Shown here: one piece after another, positions 28,016 to 37,300 of the stretch
Layout: every line of letters starts with the position of its first letter
How positions within the stretch are numbered: position 1 is the stretch's first letter
Program-made: the position numbers and the translations under genes
From: Candidatus Zhuqueibacterota bacterium
Lineage (GTDB): Bacteria; Zhuqueibacterota; Zhuqueibacteria; Residuimicrobiales; Krinioviventaceae
Assembly (NCBI GenBank): GCA_034506455.1
Contig: JAPDPN010000004.1
Span: 1-53,504 of the forward strand
DNA length: 53,504 bases
Direction: 5' to 3'
Notes under the pieces: generated by a model
Databases searched by the model: none
What the model was told of the DNA's origin: nothing
Seen by the model: only the letters and a program-made list of their open reading frames with translations

Positions 28016-29320
28016 ATGCGAACTCTATGGGCGGTATTGTTTGCGTGGCCGTTCATTGCCCTTGGCTCTGCAAATCTGATTGTCAACCCGAGCTTTGAAG
28101 ACGGCGCAACCGGCTGGACATTACTTAACGCCTCGATTGAACCTGGGGATATGATTCACGGATCTTACCTTTGCGCAGTTCATGCGGGCGGAGAGGGAAG
28201 CGTTTCGCAGACTGCAGCGGTGACCGTAGGCAAGAGTTACGTGGCTTTAGTTTGGATCAAAATGGGCACATGGGGAGAAGCCGGTTGGCTGGAAGTAAAA
28301 TATGGCGAATTTGATATTCACTTTCAGGAAATTACTCCCGGACAATGGCATCTCTATGCTGTTCCTTTTTGGGCTAAACAGGATCAGGTTACGATTACTT
28401 TTCGCGTGGCGTCCAGTACGCGGGGCGCTTTTTGCGACATGTTCTGCCTTGCCGAGTATGAAGAGCTTTTGAGGGACGGCTCTTTTGAAATGGGCGGGAG
28501 CGATTTATGGAAGTGGAACGCCTGGAACTGGGGTGCGAGCATATCCGACTGGGAAGCGCATACCGGTTTGTATGCCATGAAAGCCGAAGCAAGCAGCGGC
28601 GGCGGTTTTGGTTATTATCCCGATATTTTTGCCCCCGGAGAAATAATTATTGCCGCTGCCTGGATCCGCACCGGTGAAAACTCGCTCTGGTACCCCGGTT
28701 TTCGCGATCATACGGGCTGGACAAACCTGGGCTGGTGGGCCGTGCGCAAGGAAAAACATGTTACAGAGATCAACATCGAATACTCGGACGTCAGCTGGAA
28801 TCAGTATGTCATACCCTACAAAATTCCGCTAAACGGTTTCAATCCCGAAATTCTTTGGTGGCAACAGAACGGCGAATCGGAAAGCTATTGCGACGATTTG
28901 ATGTTGTTCCGCAGCCCTTACAAAGACTCGGAAATCCCTTGGAAATTCATCATGAATGACCCCGAGGGCATCTGGAACATTTGGCCGAATCCGGACGATC
29001 CAACCTGGCCGTTGACGCCCGCCGTGTCCGTAGAAAAAATGCAGGACGCATTGCCGCAGAGTTTTGTGTTGCGTCAGAACTACCCGAATCCCTTTAATCC
29101 GGAAACGCGGATACCCTTTTCGCTGATGCGGGCTGGTCGCGTGAGATTGTCCGTATACAACGCCAAGGGCGCATTGGCGGCGCGGCTGGTCGACAGCTAT
29201 TTGTCGGCCGGTGAGTACGAAATCAAGTTCAACGCGGGTTCTTTGCCTGCCGGCATCTACTTTTATCAGCTCGAAGGGGAGGGGGAAACACAGGTGAAAA
29301 AGATGGTGTTGGTAGAATAG
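28016..29320 (+). CDS. secreted protein with two CBM4/9-like beta-sandwich modules and a T9SS C-terminal sorting domain
   Basis: It has a signal peptide. NLIVNPSFEDGATGWT and LLRDGSFEMGGSDLWKW are typical openings of CBM_4_9-type modules. The C-terminus is LRQNYPNPFNPETRIPFSL...GIYFYQL...KKMVLVE. RBS TAAGGAGG. Confidence 0.7.
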   Translation: MRTLWAVLFAWPFIALGSANLIVNPSFEDGATGWTLLNASIEPGDMIHGSYLCAVHAGGEGSVSQTAAVTVGKSYVALVWIKMGTWGEAGWLEVKYGEFDIHFQEITPGQWHLYAVPFWAKQDQVTITFRVASSTRGAFCDMFCLAEYEELLRDGSFEMGGSDLWKWNAWNWGASISDWEAHTGLYAMKAEASSGGGFGYYPDIFAPGEIIIAAAWIRTGENSLWYPGFRDHTGWTNLGWWAVRKEKHVTEINIEYSDVSWNQYVIPYKIPLNGFNPEILWWQQNGESESYCDDLMLFRSPYKDSEIPWKFIMNDPEGIWNIWPNPDDPTWPLTPAVSVEKMQDALPQSFVLRQNYPNPFNPETRIPFSLMRAGRVRLSVYNAKGALAARLVDSYLSAGEYEIKFNAGSLPAGIYFYQLEGEGETQVKKMVLVE

Positions 29321-29483
29321 GGCAGGAGGGGCGGCAAAGCCGTCATGGGAAAGAGTGAATTTCGTAAAGGCGGCTTTGCCGCTGCTTCTATTGAGTGGCT
29401 TTACAGGTTTTGAACGATCGGCGCATCAGCCGCACCCGGAGCGAGCGGAGCGTGTAGGCTGCATGCGCTTGTTAGGCCGCCGG

Positions 29484-32400
29484 TTATAGAACATTGGCTT
29501 CCACCTGCGGGTATATCCGGTCAATCTGATCCTGCAACCCCATCGTACAAGCGATAGCAGTCGCGATATGGATGTAGCGTACCGGGTCGTCCATCAAGCG
29601 GCCCTTGCGGTCTTTCAGGTATTTTTCCAGCACCTGATAGCCGCCAATCTGATACTCCCACATCTGCGGCGTGACGCCCTCGAAGTATTTGCCGCCGTTG
29701 ATGGCAACGCGCCCGCTGGCCGGGTCATACCGCACAAACTCTATTGTGTCGCTGCCCTGCCCCTGATACCTGACGCCCGGCGGCTGCGGGACTTGACGCA
29801 GCAGGTGCAGGTCGATCAACTCCTGCCCCAAAGCCGCCATCCGGCGGAAGAGGTCAGGGTCAGACGTGAAGGGAACGCGAGGGAAGTCGGTGCGCAGTTC
29901 TTGGGCATACTTTTGGCGGTAGGCGGGGCTGTAGAAGACGGCGTAGATATAGGCCAGCACTTCCTCCGGCGCGGGCGTGAAGCCATAGGCAGCGCTCAAT
30001 TTGGGCAGCAGCCACTCCGCCAGGTTGGGCTTGCGCGCCTGATGGAACATGTCCGGCGATTCGGTAGAGGGGTAGAGGTAGAGAGGGCAGTAATAGTTAA
30101 TGTCAAATGCCGCTACGGTTTTATGACCGCCAATGTTAGCGGTGATATATGCTCCAAATTCTTCTTTGTGCTGTTTAGGAGTAATCAATGCGATATTCTC
30201 CCCCGCCAGCATGTGGCGCATGACTTCGGGACGGGGCATGCAGTGAAAGCCACGCGAGCGTCCGGTGTAGTAAGTATAGCGGACGTCAAAGGGGCGGTAC
30301 AAAATCGGCACGACTTTGTCCTTGTGCGGTCCACCATCGCGTTTCAAGTCTTGTTGGGCGAGCAAAACTTTCCAGTCGCGGGCATCTTTTCCCAATTGAT
30401 AAGCCTGCCGGGCGAGTTCAGCGTCCATCTGGCTGAAATTGAGCACAGTCGTCCAGGCCTCATGTGCCGTCCAGTGAATGGTGAGATTATCCCTCGCCGT
30501 GACGATGCCGACGCTGTTGACCGGGAAAATCTCCGTGATTTGCGGCCAGGAAAGATAGTTCTGGAGGCCCTGGGTCTGGCGCGGGACAAAGAAGTAGGAG
30601 GGCGGGGCCGGCTGGACGGGCTGGTAGCCGGCGCTGGTCAGGTTGTGGGTTTTCAGCCAGCGGTATTTCTCTTCGCGCAGGCCGTAGAGGTCGGCGTGAT
30701 AGACGCCACGCCGTTCGCGCTGGCCATGCTTGACGAAGAGCGCAATTGCCACCCCCTGACGGATGTCGAAGACATTTTCATCCGGGCTGCCGTCAGGAGC
30801 GGTTTCGCGCTTCAGGCTGTTGCCGTGCAGGTTCAGCAGGTAGATTTCGTCGAAGGTTTTCAGCAGGCTCTGGCGCATTCCCCGAAAGGTGGGGTTATCC
30901 AGGTAGCCGTGATTGGTAATCATCGCCACGATGCCGCGCCCGGCCTTATGGATTTTCCACTGGGCAAAGCGCAGGAACTTGACGTAGTCATCCTGCAGCC
31001 ATTTGGGGTTCTTCTCGCCCAGCGGCTGGCCGTCCACTTCGTAGTAACTCTGCGCCCCATCCAGGCTGGTCTTGAGCAAGCGCTCTGTCCAATCGTTTTG
31101 ATTTGCCGAGAGGCCGGAATAGGGCGGATTGCCCAGGATGACGAGAATCGGCTCGTTCTTCTTGACCTGCGCGGCGTGATGGCTTTCCTCGGAGAGCGAG
31201 GCCAGGCCGGGGATGGCAATCTGTTGCAGGTCTTCCATCTCCAGCGCGTTGGTCAGGAAGGATTGGAAGCGTTCGCCGTTCTGGAGCGGGACGCCGAGCG
31301 CTTCGAGCAGGAAACCGATTTTGAGATGGCCGATGGCGTAAGGCGCCATGAGCAACTCGAAGGCGTAAAAATGCGGCAAGATGTGTTTGCGCAGAAAGGT
31401 CTCTTTTGCCCCGTCTCCATACTTGCCTGTGAACTCCTCGAAAGCCCGGCGGATGGCTTCGGCTGGGAAGGTGAGCGTGCCGGCGGCCGGGTCGAGCAGG
31501 GTGACGCGTTCATCGGCCAGGCCATCAGTCAGTTGAAAGCGCGTTTGCAGCAGATGGTGAACTGCGCGGACGATATAGTCCACCACCGGCTGGGGGGTAT
31601 AGTACACACCGCGCCGCTCGCGCGTTTCGGGGTCATATTCCGCCAAAAAGGTCTCGTAAAAGTGCAAAATGGGGTCATCGCCTTTGCCCTGACGGTAGTA
31701 CTGGGTCAAGATGGCCTGCACATCGGCGGCGTTCAACACAGCGGCGATGTCGTCCACGATGACTTCCATCTGCGGCGAGGGCTTGCCCAGCGAGATGAAT
31801 TGAAAGACATCGCGCAGGATGCCGATGGTAGAGGGGATGAGCGAGTAGGCCATCTGGCGGTTGAAATTGTTCTGGGCGCGGGTGCGGGCGGCAAAGAGGC
31901 CGTAGGTAATCGTCTGTGCATAGAGGTCGGTGAACTGCTCTTCGGTCAGACCGGCGATGAGATACTTTTGGAAAGCATCGTAGAAGCCGTAGATGTCGCC
32001 CTGTTTTTGAACAATTTGCCCGGCCAGTTCCGGCAATATCACCTGGTCACGCAAGAAGCGGGTACGCCGCGCCAATTCCACGGAAAGGGTTTCGGGCGTC
32101 AGCGCGGACGGCAAGGTGAACGAGAAAAACGTCCGAAAGAGACTCTTCAGAGCCACTTCCTGTTCAATGGGAGGTTTGGTCTTGAGGGATTGCGCAATGA
32201 ACGGACGGGCGAGGAGAGCGCGCTCGATAAGAACTCCCTGGTGATAAAGGCGAAATTCGTAGAAATCGGTCAGGATGAGATTGGGAAACGTGTGCAGGTA
32301 ACGGAGGAGTTGTTCTGAAGTCTCGACCAGGTCGAGTTTTGAGCCCGGCGCTTTGGCTTCGATGTAGCCGATGACCTGATACGAGCCATCCCAAACGCGA

Positions 32401-32582
32401 AAATCAGGGTTGCCGGCTTCGGTCTTTTTGGGCAGCACGGTGACCTGAATAGCGCGTCCCTCGGACTGAGCAAGCGATTCGAGTAGGTCTTTCAGCGCTG
32501 GGTAGTAGCTCTCCTCGCGGGCATCGCCGCGCTGTGTGAGGTCTGCGATAGCCTGAAGGTAAGATTTCAATAGATTATTCAT
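29484..32582 (-). CDS. type IIG restriction-modification fusion enzyme (PD-ExK nuclease, gamma-class N6-adenine methyltransferase, C-terminal specificity domain)
   Basis: The N-terminus GNPDFRVWDGSYQVIGYIEAKAPGSKL...QLLRYL resembles the MmeI-type D...ExK nuclease block. MTase motif I is LLDPAAGTLTF and motif IV is ILGNPPYSG. The C-terminal EYQIGGYQVLEKYLKDRKGR tail is like that of YeeA/type ISP C-terminal domains. There is no helicase module. Confidence 0.75.
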   Translation of the reverse strand: MNNLLKSYLQAIADLTQRGDAREESYYPALKDLLESLAQSEGRAIQVTVLPKKTEAGNPDFRVWDGSYQVIGYIEAKAPGSKLDLVETSEQLLRYLHTFPNLILTDFYEFRLYHQGVLIERALLARPFIAQSLKTKPPIEQEVALKSLFRTFFSFTLPSALTPETLSVELARRTRFLRDQVILPELAGQIVQKQGDIYGFYDAFQKYLIAGLTEEQFTDLYAQTITYGLFAARTRAQNNFNRQMAYSLIPSTIGILRDVFQFISLGKPSPQMEVIVDDIAAVLNAADVQAILTQYYRQGKGDDPILHFYETFLAEYDPETRERRGVYYTPQPVVDYIVRAVHHLLQTRFQLTDGLADERVTLLDPAAGTLTFPAEAIRRAFEEFTGKYGDGAKETFLRKHILPHFYAFELLMAPYAIGHLKIGFLLEALGVPLQNGERFQSFLTNALEMEDLQQIAIPGLASLSEESHHAAQVKKNEPILVILGNPPYSGLSANQNDWTERLLKTSLDGAQSYYEVDGQPLGEKNPKWLQDDYVKFLRFAQWKIHKAGRGIVAMITNHGYLDNPTFRGMRQSLLKTFDEIYLLNLHGNSLKRETAPDGSPDENVFDIRQGVAIALFVKHGQRERRGVYHADLYGLREEKYRWLKTHNLTSAGYQPVQPAPPSYFFVPRQTQGLQNYLSWPQITEIFPVNSVGIVTARDNLTIHWTAHEAWTTVLNFSQMDAELARQAYQLGKDARDWKVLLAQQDLKRDGGPHKDKVVPILYRPFDVRYTYYTGRSRGFHCMPRPEVMRHMLAGENIALITPKQHKEEFGAYITANIGGHKTVAAFDINYYCPLYLYPSTESPDMFHQARKPNLAEWLLPKLSAAYGFTPAPEEVLAYIYAVFYSPAYRQKYAQELRTDFPRVPFTSDPDLFRRMAALGQELIDLHLLRQVPQPPGVRYQGQGSDTIEFVRYDPASGRVAINGGKYFEGVTPQMWEYQIGGYQVLEKYLKDRKGRLMDDPVRYIHIATAIACTMGLQDQIDRIYPQVEANVL

Positions 32583-33369
32583 TGTTCGTTGGCTCTTTAG
32601 TCATTCGATAAAGCGGCCTAATGATCTCGATCAGCTGAGATAAATCTTCGATGCGCTGAAAGGCGAGGCCAAAGTCGCCGTCTCTCGTCAGGTCTGTGGG
32701 TGCAGCAATACAGCGCAAACCGGCGGCAGCAGCCGAACGCACGCCTCGCTCACTGTCTTCGACGGACAAAGTCTCCGAGGGCTGCAGATTGTATAATCGA
32801 AGAGCCGTCAAATACGGATCCGGATGCGGCTTGCGAAAACGAAAATCTTCGAGCGTCAGCACAAAGCTAAAATAGGGCAGCAGGCTTGTGCGGGCATGCA
32901 TGATCTCAAAATGCCGTCGCTTTGCATTGGTGACGACGCCGAATCGGCAACGGTCTCGTAGAGCTTCAAGTACTTGCCGAATCCCTTCCCGTTCGACCGT
33001 TTCGGCCATCAGCAGTTGCTCATACAGCGCGTCTCGGCGCTGCCGCAGCGTCGAAAGAAATCCTTCATCTGCCTGCCCCTTTAACGCCGTTGCGAGACAG
33101 CTTTTCCCCTGGCGCAACGAGATCTCGCAAAAATCGTCGAGCGTCAGTTCAACGCCTATCTCGGCAAGGGCGGCGCGATTTGCCTCGAAAAAAAGCTTTT
33201 CGGTATCGACCAAAACGCCGTCGTTGTCAAAGATGATCGTCTTAACCAGCTTTTTTTCTCCAAGGTGTTTAAAAGGTGACGCCGACCGTAAAGGTGGACG
33301 TAAAGCCGAGCAGGCCAATGTCCTTGTAGGCGTAGTCCAGCTTGAGCAGCTTGTTGCCCAACAGAGCAA
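32575..33369 (-). CDS. HAD-superfamily hydrolase (phosphatase/beta-phosphoglucomutase-like); start uncertain
   Basis: Motif I IIFDNDGVLVDTE, motif II VVTNA, motif III/IV region SVEDSERGVRSAAAAG. The first ~40 codons of the track ORF overlap the PorV-like gene and look non-coding. The true start is probably near 33249. Confidence 0.75.
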   Translation of the reverse strand: MLCWATSCSSWTTPTRTLACSALRPPLRSASPFKHLGEKKLVKTIIFDNDGVLVDTEKLFFEANRAALAEIGVELTLDDFCEISLRQGKSCLATALKGQADEGFLSTLRQRRDALYEQLLMAETVEREGIRQVLEALRDRCRFGVVTNAKRRHFEIMHARTSLLPYFSFVLTLEDFRFRKPHPDPYLTALRLYNLQPSETLSVEDSERGVRSAAAAGLRCIAAPTDLTRDGDFGLAFQRIEDLSQLIEIIRPLYRMTKEPTNNE

Positions 33370-34321
33370 TGTGCGCCCCGCCGCCGAAGGTTATGCCGTA
33401 TTCCGATTTATCCATATACAGACCCCGGTAACCGACGCGCAGCATAAAGCGGCCGCGTCCGGGAATCGTATAGGCGTACTCGGCGCCGAGGTTGAGCGAT
33501 TCGCTGTTATTGTTGGGATGCAGAGCATCGACGGCAAGGGTGAGCAGCTGAGTGTCGGTGGCAATGGGATACGCCGCAACGCCGAGCCGCAGGATCAGCG
33601 GCAGCTCCCATGACTGAAGCCGAAATTGGCCCTCCACGTCTTTGTAGTTTCCATTTTGATTCGGCAAAATATCGATAGGGCGCAGCAGATCCATGCCGTC
33701 GTAGCGCATACGCATGCCATAATTGGAAATGCTCATGCCGATCGCCAACCCCTTTTCACGGTCGCCGTCAGGGGCGAAAAAATGCGTATTGACCAGCACG
33801 CCCAAGTCCATGGCGGCGGCTTTGGCATTGAGATGCCATATATTGGAAGAGATGAATTTGGCCGAAGCGCCGAAAGCAAACCACTGGGCCAATTTGCGGG
33901 CGTACGAAAACGACGCGGCATAGTCGGCGGCGGCATAGGTTTCGCCTGTACCTTCCTGCATATCCAGCGAGGTCACAGGCGTGCGGCCGTAATTCATACC
34001 GGTAATGCCGATCGCCAACACGCCGATGCGCGGCACAGTCACCCCGGCACCTAAAAAGCTTACTTTAATTTCCGCAATCCACGGCTGGATCGAAAACTGA
34101 ATTTCGTTTTTCTCCATGTAGGCCAAGCCGGCGGGATTCCAATAGATCGAGGCCAAGTCCCTGGTTGCCGCGACCTGCGCTTCGCCCATGGCGTTTGCGG
34201 CGCTGCCGATGCCCATTTCCAAGAAATTTGCCGCCGTTGTGCCGACGCGAAACGGCCTGTTTTGGCCATAGGCCGTTGCAGTCAACGCGGCTGTCAAAAG
34301 CATTATCGTCAACTTTTTCAT
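33269..34321 (-). CDS. PorV/PorQ-family outer-membrane beta-barrel (T9SS-associated)
   Basis: It has a signal peptide, the family-typical N-terminus GTTAANFLEMGIGSAANAMGEAQVAATRDLASIYWNPAGLAYM and a C-terminal Phe (TFTVGVTF). Confidence 0.7.
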   Translation of the reverse strand: MKKLTIMLLTAALTATAYGQNRPFRVGTTAANFLEMGIGSAANAMGEAQVAATRDLASIYWNPAGLAYMEKNEIQFSIQPWIAEIKVSFLGAGVTVPRIGVLAIGITGMNYGRTPVTSLDMQEGTGETYAAADYAASFSYARKLAQWFAFGASAKFISSNIWHLNAKAAAMDLGVLVNTHFFAPDGDREKGLAIGMSISNYGMRMRYDGMDLLRPIDILPNQNGNYKDVEGQFRLQSWELPLILRLGVAAYPIATDTQLLTLAVDALHPNNNSESLNLGAEYAYTIPGRGRFMLRVGYRGLYMDKSEYGITFGGGAHIALLGNKLLKLDYAYKDIGLLGFTSTFTVGVTF

Positions 34322-34360
34322 GATGTTACTCCAGGCTTGAATCTGTAATTCGCTGACAAG

Positions 34361-37300
34361 TTATTTGATCACGGCAAATTTACCCACTTTTTCATCGCCG
34401 CTGACTTTGGATTTGACGTGAAAGATGTACATGCCTGCGGCGATCTCTAATCCTTCGCGTGAGAGCAGGTCCCAATGAACGGCACCGTTTTCCGGCTCAT
34501 TGTTCACGTCGATTTCATCCACCAAAACGCCGGAAACGGTAAAGATGCGGATCTTGCATTGCGCCGGTATGTGGGTGAACATGATCCGTCGCCGCTGATT
34601 GAGGTATTTGTTGGCCACCGCCGGTTCCATTTCGTTGGTGGCAATGTAGGGGTTGGGTACGACTTTGATGGAATCCATCGTCGTCTTGATGTCGCGAACG
34701 TTTTGTGCGTCCTCGGGACTGACGGTGAAGACGAGCTTGTCGGCTGAGGTCAGCGGCCGGATGAGACGCAGCCTGTAGACGTCGTTCGGCTTCGGCAGGC
34801 GGTCGGCGCTGCCGGCATTGCGCATGTCAATCGACAAAACCGTTCCCGCCCAATAGATTTTTCCCATGTAATTGACTGCATGTCCTGCCAAAATTAGGTC
34901 CTGATCCCAGTCGTAAACCCCGTTGCCGTTCAAATCATGGGTGAGCAGATCGAGCTTTTCATACTCGCCGGTCGAATCAACGGACGCGAGATTGCGCACA
35001 TAAAAAGGATAAGAAACATTGAGCAACAGATCATTGCGGCGCAGAGGGTTGTCAAAAACGTCGCGGATTTGGGAAATGACGGAGGTTTTTGTTCGGTAGA
35101 CCTCACTGCCGGTAAAAACGATCTCGTACTCATAAGGAAAGTATTTCGTCTCCGGCCCGATCAGCACCTCGATGGGGCTGTTGCCGGTAATCCAGCCGGA
35201 ATTGACGTAATCGATCATCACCGAATCGACGGCGCGCGACATGTCCACCGTTAGTTGAATGCCGTCGAAAATGTCGGTCAGAATCGGAGCATCGGTTCGG
35301 TACCGCCAAAACTTTGCATCTGCGTCATAATAGAGATGATCTTCAGGAAAAGAGTTCGGCGTTTCTTCGTACACCAATTCCCGTTTGCCGCCCGTCACAT
35401 CCCAGACCTGAAAACCGTTGGTGAGCAATTGGCCGTCGAGCGGATGACGATAGCGCTCGCCGCGCAAATAATCGATGACGTCGGCTGTAAAAGTGATCTC
35501 GTAAGTATGGTTTTTTTGCGCATGGCCGATGTCCACGACCGCCGGCGTGATGAGTCCCTGAGGAACCGTCGGTGAGCTCGCCTGCTGATCGATAACAATA
35601 TTCGGCGCAAGATAGCCGGCGGCGCGGGCATGTGGCGTGACGACCGCCACGTTTTGTCCGATGCGGACAATCTCTTCCGCCTCGTTTAACTCGATGACGA
35701 CATTGTTTTCAGTCGGCGATACGCCGAACTCCGGAATACCGTAATCGTAGGCAACGATCGCATAATAATAGGTCACGCCGTTTTTAACATCGTCGTCGAT
35801 GTAATAATGGCGGATGCCGGTATCGTCGCCCAAATAATAAGCCACGCCCTCGACGATGCCGTAATCCGCATAGCCTTGAATGTGATCGATGAGGTCGCAT
35901 TGAAAGAGCGGCACTTTGGCAAACTTGTCGCCTTGTCCTGTGGTGATCAGCTCGGCGTCGGAGAACATTTTGTCCGTTGCGCGATACAGCTTGTAGCCTT
36001 CAAAGTCGTTGACGTTTTGGAGAAACGGCTCGTGCGTACGCTTATCGGCCAGATCATCCCACGTTAAAATCACTTTGCCGTCGCCGGCGGTGGCGCGCAG
36101 TTTCGGCAAAATGGGAGGTTGGGCGAACCGATAATCGCGCTCATAGATGAGCTGAGCAGTTTCCTTCAGGCGGAACATTTTCGGCGCATAATGGCCGGGA
36201 GCCCGCAATTGCGCAAGATTATCGCGCGTAAACATGATCCCCATGGAGATCCGCTCCGTGCGGCCTTTGTAAAAGGGGAAAGGAGTCGAAGCGAACACCT
36301 CATATACCGAGCCGGGGCCGCCGGAATAGATGTAGGTGTCCAGGTTATGGGAATCCATCAGTTTCCACATGGTACGGTCCTGGCCGATGAAATAGTTCAT
36401 GCTCTGCCACTGCGGCCAATCGAACAACGCAAATGAAGTGAGGCCGATCATGTCGGCCTCGGAAACGTCAACGGCGGCAAAGTTCGGCTCGCAGCCCACA
36501 CCTTCGATAAAATCAGGGCGATGATTGCATTCGCCTTCATCCGGACCGTTATAGTTAATGTCCAGCGGCCCGACGCCGTCCAGACCGACGTCGTCCCCAG
36601 GATACTCTCCGTCTTCGAGGTACCACATCCCGTTTGCCCCCTGATAGGCATAGACGCCGTTGCCGTTCTTATCATAGCCGTCCTGCCAATCCTGATCCTC
36701 ATCGCCTTCATAATGGGGATGCAGGTTCTCCGGCTTGTAGTGGTAAAAGCGCAAAAAATTGTCGAGATTGGCGATGCCGTCGGTCGGTCCTACAAGCGCG
36801 CCGGCAGGATTATCGCGCTTTTCGTCGATCAGACCGTCTTCATCGTTATCACCGCTGTCATAAGCGCGGCCGGGACTTTCCAAATAAGCAATACCCACTA
36901 CGCCGGGGATCAGGCCGCCTTCGCCCACGCCGATGGATTCCCAAACGTAGCACAAGTCGAGCACGTCGTCAAAGGCGCCTTCTTCCTTGTCGCCGCCTGT
37001 ATCGCCGCCGATGCTGTTGTCGATAAAATAGCCGAAGCCGCAGGTGATCAGATCGTAATCGGAAATGTTGGATATATTGTATTCCCAAAAGATCATGTCT
37101 TTGGCTTCGGGATTATTCCACTGAAATCCGCGAACCGAAACGCGCAGCCCCAAACCGCCCCACGGATAGCCGCGTTGAATTGTCACGTCCGGATCGTTAT
37201 AACCGATGACCTTACCGGGGCGGGGATAATAGCGCAGCCCCTTGGTAATCAGCCTCTCCTGAGGATCGTTGCGCTGAATGATATATTCCATATCCTGGGC

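Noticed and set aside
29568-32318. 916-aa plus-strand ORF, the longest unexplained ORF in the track
   Set aside because: It lies entirely antisense to the type IIG R-M gene. Its translation is Arg/Gly/Ala/Val-rich with no motifs. The minus frame carries clear nuclease and MTase motifs. It is a stop-free shadow frame typical of GC-rich coding DNA.
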